Positions 57,918-64,000 of a DNA stretch of 64,000 nucleotides are shown piece after piece. How positions within the stretch are numbered: position 1 is the first letter of the stretch; each line of letters begins with the position of its first letter. The DNA lies in contig BTWA01000021.1 of NCBI GenBank assembly GCA_045863295.1, positions 39,705-103,704 of the forward strand, given 5' to 3'. The notes beneath the pieces were generated by a model that saw only the letters and a program-made list of their open reading frames with translations, was not told the origin of the DNA and searched no databases. The position numbers were made by a program, and so were the translations under genes. Origin of the DNA: Candidatus Hydrogenedentota bacterium (lineage in GTDB: Bacteria; Hydrogenedentota; Hydrogenedentia; Hydrogenedentales; SLHB01).

Positions 57918-59174
57918 ATGAACCTCCAATTTTCCAAATGTCGCGTACTGGCGACACTGGGGCCCGGCATGTTGATTGCCGCCACAGGAGTCGGCGCGGG
58001 AGACCTTGCCACGGCGGCCTTTGCGGGTACCCGTCTGGGAATTGCCGTGTTATGGGCGGCGGCCTTGGGCGCGTTTCTCAAGTTTGTGCTCAACGAAGGA
58101 CTTGCCCGTTGGCAGCTTGCCACAGGGGAAACACTCCTGGAAGGTGCCATGACACGCGTGGGCAGGCCGCTCCAATTCGTCTTCATGGGCTATTTATTGC
58201 TCTGGAGCTACTTCACCGGATCGGCAATGATGTCCGCATGTGGGGCAACCGCCCACGCCATGTTCCCGGTGTTCGAATCGGCACAGCACGGCAAGATCGT
58301 CTTCGGCGGTCTCGCCAGTATTGCCGGCACAGTGCTGGTGCTCGTGGGCGGCTACCGCTTGTTCAGCGTGGTTATGTCGGCATGTATTGCATTCATGTTT
58401 GGCACTGTGTTGTTGACAGTAGTCCTGCTGAAGCCTGACTGGTCCGCCGTGCTTTCAGGATTGCTCATACCCCGGATCCCCCACGACCATGGGCAGGGGC
58501 TTTCATGGACCATCGCCCTGATGGGAGGGATAGGCGGAACGCTCACGGTACTCTGCTACGGCTACTGGATCCGTGAGGAGGGCCGGACGGGGGGCGCCGA
58601 TCTGCGTTTGTCGCGCATTGACCTGGCAGTGGGATACACAATGACTGCCTTGTTCGGCATTGCGATGGTCATTATCGGTGGCACAATTGATGTCTCCGGA
58701 AAGGATTCAGCGCTCGTCGTCACACTCGCGTCGAGTCTAGGGACTACTTTGGGTCCCTTCGGTAAGTGGTGCTTTCTGATTGGAGCTTGGGGCGCCGTCT
58801 TCAGCAGCCTGCTTGGCGTTTGGCAAAGCGCCCCCTACATCTTTGCAGACTCCATCTCCTTGATGCTGCGCGAGCCGAAAGAAGCCCGGAGGAAGCGTGT
58901 AGCGACAGCCTCTCGCACGTACCGTGCATTCCTCTTGGCAATCGCACTTATCCCAATGGCGGGCTTGTTTACGAGATTTGAGACTGTGCAGAAAGCGTAT
59001 GCCATATTCGGGGCAGGATTCATGCCACTGCTTGCGCTTACCCTCGTCTACTTGAACGGTTCCACCCGCTGGGTCGGTCCTCAATTTCGAAACCATCCCG
59101 CTACAACCATGCTCTTGTTGGGCATTCTCGTCTTCTTTTGCCTCGCGGGCTACTACGAAATCAGCACGGGGTGA
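57918..59174 (+). CDS. Nramp-like (APC-fold) transporter
   Basis: LGPGMLIAATGVGAGDL and RWQLATGETL; about 11 TMs; lacks the canonical DPGN. Confidence 0.8.
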   Translation: MNLQFSKCRVLATLGPGMLIAATGVGAGDLATAAFAGTRLGIAVLWAAALGAFLKFVLNEGLARWQLATGETLLEGAMTRVGRPLQFVFMGYLLLWSYFTGSAMMSACGATAHAMFPVFESAQHGKIVFGGLASIAGTVLVLVGGYRLFSVVMSACIAFMFGTVLLTVVLLKPDWSAVLSGLLIPRIPHDHGQGLSWTIALMGGIGGTLTVLCYGYWIREEGRTGGADLRLSRIDLAVGYTMTALFGIAMVIIGGTIDVSGKDSALVVTLASSLGTTLGPFGKWCFLIGAWGAVFSSLLGVWQSAPYIFADSISLMLREPKEARRKRVATASRTYRAFLLAIALIPMAGLFTRFETVQKAYAIFGAGFMPLLALTLVYLNGSTRWVGPQFRNHPATTMLLLGILVFFCLAGYYEISTG

Positions 59175-59280
59175 ACCCAGGCGGCCTCGGTAATGTGCCG
59201 ATAACGATCCCGTGCAAATTCGAGAGAAACCCGCGGACCTTGCCGGCCCGCGGGCGATTAACTGCTGGACAAGCACCACC

Positions 59281-59712
59281 TCAGTGACCATCGTTCAGGC
59301 GTCGTTCCCAATCGTAATCCCGCGCCGTCACGATGGCTTCCATGCGCTGAATCCTGCGCTCAATATTGTCGAACGTGCGCTTCAAACGAACCAATGCCAG
59401 CTTGCGCGAATTCATGTACGAATCGTAAAACTCCTGGTCCATTTCCTCTTTGAAAGGAATGACCGGCTCCGGCTTCATTAACAGCGCCGCGACTATATAG
59501 AGCACGATGACCCAGAAAAAACCGGTGAAAACCGCCGCCACTATCGTGAAAAAACGCAGCCACGCCACGGGGAAGTCAAGATAGCGGGCCACACCCTTGC
59601 ATACGCCAAACACCGCGCCATCCCGCGCCCGGTACAGGCCAGTCTTCTCCGGCAATGGAGGCGGAACCGCATGACGGCCTTCTCCGTAGAACCTGCGGCG
59701 ATGTCCGTTCAT
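59281..59712 (-). CDS. pspC: Phage shock protein C
   Basis: LYRARDGAVFGVCKGVARY, one TM, then RRIQRMEAIVT. Confidence 0.9.
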   Translation of the reverse strand: MNGHRRRFYGEGRHAVPPPLPEKTGLYRARDGAVFGVCKGVARYLDFPVAWLRFFTIVAAVFTGFFWVIVLYIVAALLMKPEPVIPFKEEMDQEFYDSYMNSRKLALVRLKRTFDNIERRIQRMEAIVTARDYDWERRLNDGH

Positions 59713-59939
59713 GAAGTACCCCCTTTCCGTTCCCGCTCGACAAGGAGCGTTTCCAATGACTCTACTCGCTCTTCCATTTTCATCAATCCGTGGTAAATAT
59801 CCTGAATCAGCCGGGTTTCCTCCGGGTCGGTGTTCTTGCGCGCCGTCGTGCCACCGCGAACTATCCGAAGCGCAATCAAAAATATCACGCCCCACACCGC
59901 GGACAGCGGTATCAGCAATGCAACAATGTCTGTCTGCAT
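59709..59939 (-). CDS. PspB-like small membrane protein
   Basis: TM plus ETRLIQDIYHGLMKMEERVESLETLL; ATGA overlap with pspC. Confidence 0.8.
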   Translation of the reverse strand: MQTDIVALLIPLSAVWGVIFLIALRIVRGGTTARKNTDPEETRLIQDIYHGLMKMEERVESLETLLVERERKGGTS

Positions 59940-60010
59940 CTGACGAAAACCTCACCATTTTCGTTGCGGCGGCCAATTTTCGAGTTGACTTGGTCCGCCA
60001 AATTCAACCA

Positions 60011-60256
60011 CTAGACGTCAGTTCGCTCACGTTCCACGACAATCGTCTCGAGCGATTCCACGCGTTCTTCCAATCTCGAAAGCCCGCCGTGAATTTCCTG
60101 CATCATTCGGGCATCGTCCGGATCGCTGCCAGTACGGTCCCCGGTTCCGGTCAGTAGCACGCGGATGGCCACACCACTCACCACGAGAACGAAGATGCAG
60201 CAGCAAATGAAGATCAATGCGCCAATTACCATAGCAGCAAACGAAGTCATCGCCAT
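60011..60256 (-). CDS. PspB-like small membrane protein
   Basis: TM plus DARMMQEIHGGLSRLEERVESLETIV. Confidence 0.75.
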   Translation of the reverse strand: MAMTSFAAMVIGALIFICCCIFVLVVSGVAIRVLLTGTGDRTGSDPDDARMMQEIHGGLSRLEERVESLETIVVERERTDV

Positions 60257-60297
60257 CGTTTAGACTCCTTTGGGACCGTGCATTGGCAAGGTCTCCC

Positions 60298-60582
60298 TTA
60301 CTCCAATCCTGCAAGTCGCCGCTCAATGTCGGCAAGGCGTTGGTCGAACCGGTTTATCTTTGATCGTCCATCTATTGCCGAATACTCCGCGCCGGTCTTC
60401 GCGCACGCCCGGGCATGTAAAGGACTGCCCGCAAAACACCGAATAATTGCCCAAATAGCAATCACGGGAATTGCCACGATCAAAAGTTTGCCCGCAATCC
60501 CAAGAAACACGAGCAGCAGAACAAAGGCGCAGTAGCACAGGAAGAACGCCATTGCAAATGCCATCAGAATGAGTACACTCAC
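60298..60582 (-). CDS. Small membrane protein with C-terminal coiled coil
   Basis: Two hydrophobic segments plus RFDQRLADIERRL. Confidence 0.65.
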   Translation of the reverse strand: MSVLILMAFAMAFFLCYCAFVLLLVFLGIAGKLLIVAIPVIAIWAIIRCFAGSPLHARACAKTGAEYSAIDGRSKINRFDQRLADIERRLAGLE

Positions 60583-60911
60583 TTCAGGTTACTCCCTCCT
60601 ACTGGATCGCTGCCGCTTTCGCGCAACCGGCGATCGATCTCTGCCATTCGCTCGTCCACCTTGTCAATGGTCCGCCGGGCTAGCGGGTCGACTATAGTGG
60701 CCTTCACTTCTATCACCGGCTTAGCTTCCGATGCTGTCGGCCTGGACCCCTGTACAACATACCGCCAAATGGCCCAGACAGCCAACACAGGTACCGCCAA
60801 TGCAACAGCGAGAATCAGCAGCCGCACCACAAATCGCAGCAACATTAGAACGATGAGCAGCGCGAAAATGCCGCCGACCACATACATCGCTGTGCGCATG
60901 AAGTCTTTCAT
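60579..60911 (-). CDS. Small membrane protein with C-terminal coiled coil
   Basis: Two hydrophobic segments plus KVDERMAEIDRRL. Confidence 0.65.
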   Translation of the reverse strand: MKDFMRTAMYVVGGIFALLIVLMLLRFVVRLLILAVALAVPVLAVWAIWRYVVQGSRPTASEAKPVIEVKATIVDPLARRTIDKVDERMAEIDRRLRESGSDPVGGSNLK

Positions 60912-60923
60912 GACGGGCGGCTC

Positions 60924-61304
60924 CTAGAATTTGCCGGCTCGTTCGCGATCCAGCAGCAACGTTTCCAATGCTTCAATTCGCCGTTCGAAATTCATCAAGC
61001 CCTGATGAATCTCCTGAATCATCCGAGTCTCGCTCGCGTCCGCATGTACCTTTTCGGGCTCGATAACGCGCGCCACGTGTGTTCGATACATGCCTGCCAC
61101 GAGACGGAAGAATGTGAGAAAAAGTAGAAGTGCCACAGCAAACGTGAAGACAAGAGGAACGGCCGCTTCGCCGCGTTCCATATCGCGCAAAAAAGTATCG
61201 GGACCCGTCATGAACATGAGCGCGCCAACAGAAGTGGTAAAGATGGTTACTAGCACCACCACGAAGCTGATGCATACGCCGATGACCGAGAAAAGAATGC
61301 GCAT
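60924..61304 (-). CDS. PspB-like membrane protein (2 TM)
   Basis: ETRMIQEIHQGLMNFERRIEALETLL. Confidence 0.75.
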   Translation of the reverse strand: MRILFSVIGVCISFVVVLVTIFTTSVGALMFMTGPDTFLRDMERGEAAVPLVFTFAVALLLFLTFFRLVAGMYRTHVARVIEPEKVHADASETRMIQEIHQGLMNFERRIEALETLLLDRERAGKF

Positions 61305-61374
61305 GGACCCCGCTCCCGAGTACGGATCGAAACGATCCGGCCACAGTCAACCCCACGTTCCAATGCTGCGCGCG

Positions 61375-62046
61375 TCAGTTCGGCGCGCCATCCTTCTTTT
61401 TCGCCTTGAGCGCTTCGAGTTCTTTTTCGATCTCTTCATCGCCCGCGAGTTTCAGGAATTCTTCTTCGAGGCTAACCTTTCGGCCCATATTGACGAGATC
61501 CGCTTCAGCTTCGATACGATCAATCCGCTGCTCAAACGCTTCGAACCGCGCGAACGCGTCCGTCCGATCCAGCTTGCGAATGTTCGTTTGTGCCGTCTTG
61601 TGGTTTTCCGCGCGCCGGTGACGTTGCGTCAGCGAACGCTCCTTTTCCCGAGCCGAGGCAAGCTTGTCTTCAAGTTGCATTATATCAGCCTGGTACTGGT
61701 CCACCAACGCGTCGCATTGCGCGGCTTCATTGTCGATGGCATCCAAGCGTTCCGCGTGCCGTCGCTTCTCCAGAAGTGCTTCGCGAGCCAAATCTTCGCG
61801 CCCGCGATCCACTGCCATCTGGGCACGCTCGGCCCATTCCGCCGCGCGACGCTTTACTTCTTCGGATTCGCGGTGAATCTTCTTTTTGGTCGCCATCGCG
61901 CTTGCACACGACGCCTTCACTTCGACAAGGGTGTCCTCCATCTCCCGGATCATCAATTTGATGAGTTTTTCGGGATCTTCGGCCTTATCGAGCATCGCAT
62001 TGATGTTCGAACTGATGATGTCCCGGACACGCGTAAAAATGCCCAT
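61375..62046 (-). CDS. pspA: Phage shock protein A
   Basis: MGIFTRVRDIISSNINAMLDKAEDPEKLIKLMIREMEDTLVEV. Confidence 0.96.
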   Translation of the reverse strand: MGIFTRVRDIISSNINAMLDKAEDPEKLIKLMIREMEDTLVEVKASCASAMATKKKIHRESEEVKRRAAEWAERAQMAVDRGREDLAREALLEKRRHAERLDAIDNEAAQCDALVDQYQADIMQLEDKLASAREKERSLTQRHRRAENHKTAQTNIRKLDRTDAFARFEAFEQRIDRIEAEADLVNMGRKVSLEEEFLKLAGDEEIEKELEALKAKKKDGAPN

Positions 62047-62081
62047 GATGCGCTCCTAATCGCCACGCGTTGAAAGCGTGT

Positions 62082-62540
62082 TTACAGGCCTCCGCAGGCC
62101 TCCTGCATGCCTTTGTTCATTAGGAACGGATGAGGGATCGTGGCGTTGGGCTGAATGAGCGGCACAACCACGCCACCCAACATCACCCCGCGCCAAGCAT
62201 GCCGGATCAAGTCCGAAACGGCTTCCACCACACCAGGCTCGTCGTAGTAGACGCGCAAACCTGTTTGGAATAGCGCCTCGCCTTCGACCGGCTTGCACCA
62301 GATGATTTCGCCCTTCAATTCCACCCCTGAAACATGGCTGGAATTGAGCATCATCAGGACCCGCGTGCTCGGACGCAGATACCGGCCCATTTGGACCCGA
62401 AATCCGCCCCGGCCAATGTCCCGCAATGCGGCAACACCGGTCTCGGACGCGCCATAGCGATAGTGCAGATCGCCCGAAAAGGGCAAGCGTGCAAACCGCC
62501 GCTCGTCGTCAGACTGATCATTTCGTTGCCAGGAATTCAT
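62082..62540 (-). CDS. PilZ-domain protein
   Basis: ERRFAR (RxxxR), DIGRGG and GEIIWC. Confidence 0.8.
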   Translation of the reverse strand: MNSWQRNDQSDDERRFARLPFSGDLHYRYGASETGVAALRDIGRGGFRVQMGRYLRPSTRVLMMLNSSHVSGVELKGEIIWCKPVEGEALFQTGLRVYYDEPGVVEAVSDLIRHAWRGVMLGGVVVPLIQPNATIPHPFLMNKGMQEACGGL

Positions 62541-62581
62541 CTGCGTACCCTTCTTCCATTCCCATTGCATGCTACGATTAG

Positions 62582-62597
62582 AGCAACGCGTGTGCCA
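62582..62597 (-). promoter_or_regulatory. sigma54 -24/-12 promoter
   Basis: TGGCAC-ACGCG-TTGCT on the minus strand. Confidence 0.85.
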
Positions 62598-62671
62598 ATA
62601 AGCACTTGCATTGTAAACGGCTGGAACAACACCGTTTATGTATGTGGGGGTTTTATGCGCACCATACAGCG

Positions 62672-62708
62672 GTGGCGCAATCGACTACCTCTTGGCGGGT
62701 TTCGCCAA
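62672..62708. promoter_or_regulatory. Tandem upstream activator sites (PspF-type)
   Basis: GTGGCGCAATCGACTAC-ctc-TTGGCGGGTTTCGCCAA, about 75-110 bp upstream of the -24 box. Confidence 0.65.
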
Positions 62709-63214
62709 TCCGTGGAAACTTCCACCTTTCAGACTCTAGTGTTCCTCGAACGCCACTATTTATTCTGCAAGGGGTCCTGTTTCTATTCAACACGGATAAC
62801 GAACAATTGGATCGCCCGTTCAACGGTTTCACAGGGTTCAATTCAAGATTTCATTGTCTCTGATCCAGATTGGGCTTCCTCCGTGCCTGTGCCAGCCACT
62901 CACACTACATTGCCAACCAATTGACCTATCTGCACTTAATACCCGGCTTGCACCCACAAGTTGCCGGTTTGCGAATCAATGTGCTGAATCGCATAATCGT
63001 GCCACTGAATCGATCTGGGGTTAGCTTTTGGGCGCAATGATGGCCGTCGGAGCGACATGCCGGGCGGACGCTTTCCATGTGCTTTGGGGGCTAACCTTTG
63101 AGAGCGGAAACGAATGCTGGTCTAATTGGGTGATTGAAGAGCGGTCGAACCCGTATTTGCTGCGGCGGCCGTTGTCCGCTCCCTTGGCTCCGGCAAAATT
63201 GAAAGGAATGACTT

Positions 63215-64000
63215 GTGGCAGACCGTAAGCCCTTGTTCGGCGTGATTGGCGGCAGTGGCGTGTACGACATGGAAGAGTTGGAGAACCGTCGCTGGATACG
63301 TGTGAAGTCGCCTTTTGGCGAACCATCGGACGAAATCCTTCATGGCGAAATCGACGGTGAGTTGGTGGTATTCCTGCCCAGACACGGGCGGGGACACCGT
63401 ATTCCGCCCAGCGAAATCAATTTTCGCGCGAATATTGATGCGATGAAGCGGCTTGGAGTCGATCGAATCGTGTCCGTAAGTGCAGTCGGATCGTTGCGCG
63501 AACACCTCCATCCCGGTGATTTCCTAATCGTCGACCAATTCATCGACCGCACTTTCGCGCGCGTGAAGTCCTTTTTTGGGACGGGCATGGTGGCGCATGT
63601 TTCCATGGCGCATCCAGTCTGCAAATCGTTGGGCGATGCCTTGCAATCTGCATCCAAGTCCATGGACGTGAAAGTGGAGCGTGGTGGAACGTATATGGTC
63701 ATGGAGGGTCCGCAATTCTCCTCGTTCGCGGAGTCCAATCTGTACCGGCAATGGGGGTGCGATGTAATCGGCATGACCAACATGCCGGAGGCCAAGCTCG
63801 CTCGAGAAGCGGAAATCTGTTATGCCACCGTAGCAATGGTCACGGATTATGATTGTTGGCATCCCGGCCACGACGACGTAAACGTTGAACAGATTATCCA
63901 GGTGCTAATCACAAACGCGGACAAGGCGCGGCAGCTCATCCGAAATCTGATTACGGAGCTGAAGTCCGATACTCATGCCTGCGCGCAAGGCTGCCTGAAT
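63215..64000 (+). CDS. mtaP: S-methyl-5'-thioadenosine phosphorylase (3'-partial; absent from the ORF track)
   Basis: Hand translation from GTG 63215: MADRKPLFGVIGGSGVY..PFGEPSD..FLPRHGRGH..RANI..SAVGSL..EGPQFSS.AES..IGMT.MPEAKLARE..VTDYDCW; open to the window end. Confidence 0.93.
   Translation, partial: MADRKPLFGVIGGSGVYDMEELENRRWIRVKSPFGEPSDEILHGEIDGELVVFLPRHGRGHRIPPSEINFRANIDAMKRLGVDRIVSVSAVGSLREHLHPGDFLIVDQFIDRTFARVKSFFGTGMVAHVSMAHPVCKSLGDALQSASKSMDVKVERGGTYMVMEGPQFSSFAESNLYRQWGCDVIGMTNMPEAKLAREAEICYATVAMVTDYDCWHPGHDDVNVEQIIQVLITNADKARQLIRNLITELKSDTHACAQGCLN

Noticed and set aside
57918..59174. Nramp-like gene as a member of the metal regulon
   Set aside because: No GATA-N12-TATC site or leader seen upstream, and it lacks the DPGN metal motif.
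62710..63214. About 500-bp gap before mtaP, checked for a pspF remnant or sRNA
   Set aside because: No AAA+ motifs in the listed ORFs and no convincing structure.

Overview
64 kb of bacterial chromosome, moderately GC-rich and gene-dense. I saw no rRNA, tRNA, transposase or CRISPR array. The DUF1559-type prepilin genes ending '[16 protein letters not shown]' suggest Hydrogenedentota or a similar PVC/FCB-type lineage (inference only). Ordinary content: a partial YidR-like gene, PHP-GT4 glycosyltransferase, XPB-associated helicase domain, PilZ proteins, larA-pgl, UDG/ogt, a TetR-DUF899-VOC-DGPF-ECF42 stress cluster, flaG plus two near-identical flagellins, HNH-priA, alginate lyase, comB, an OlsB/OlsA-like aminolipid operon, phoX, FGE, two fadD paralogs, Nramp, a sigma54 psp operon and partial mtaP. 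Main finding: three DUF2946/CruR-like leader genes. Each has a hydrophobic N-terminus, a His cluster, CxxC, exactly 44 residues of spacer and then RAPP/RGPP. Each carries a sequence complementary to the downstream Shine-Dalgarno at or just after the arrest codons. They precede two DUF1559 pilin-like genes and a His-rich protein/ABC/TPR (PilGHI/Xap-like) operon. A shared GATA-N12-TATC operator sits at both promoters. Together this suggests a metal-sensing, ribosome-stalling-controlled pilin/ABC system. Other findings: dense CsrA-type GGA hairpin arrays around the flagellins, a PilZ-headed psp operon with several PspB-like genes, and a DedA/ATP-grasp aminolipid operon.
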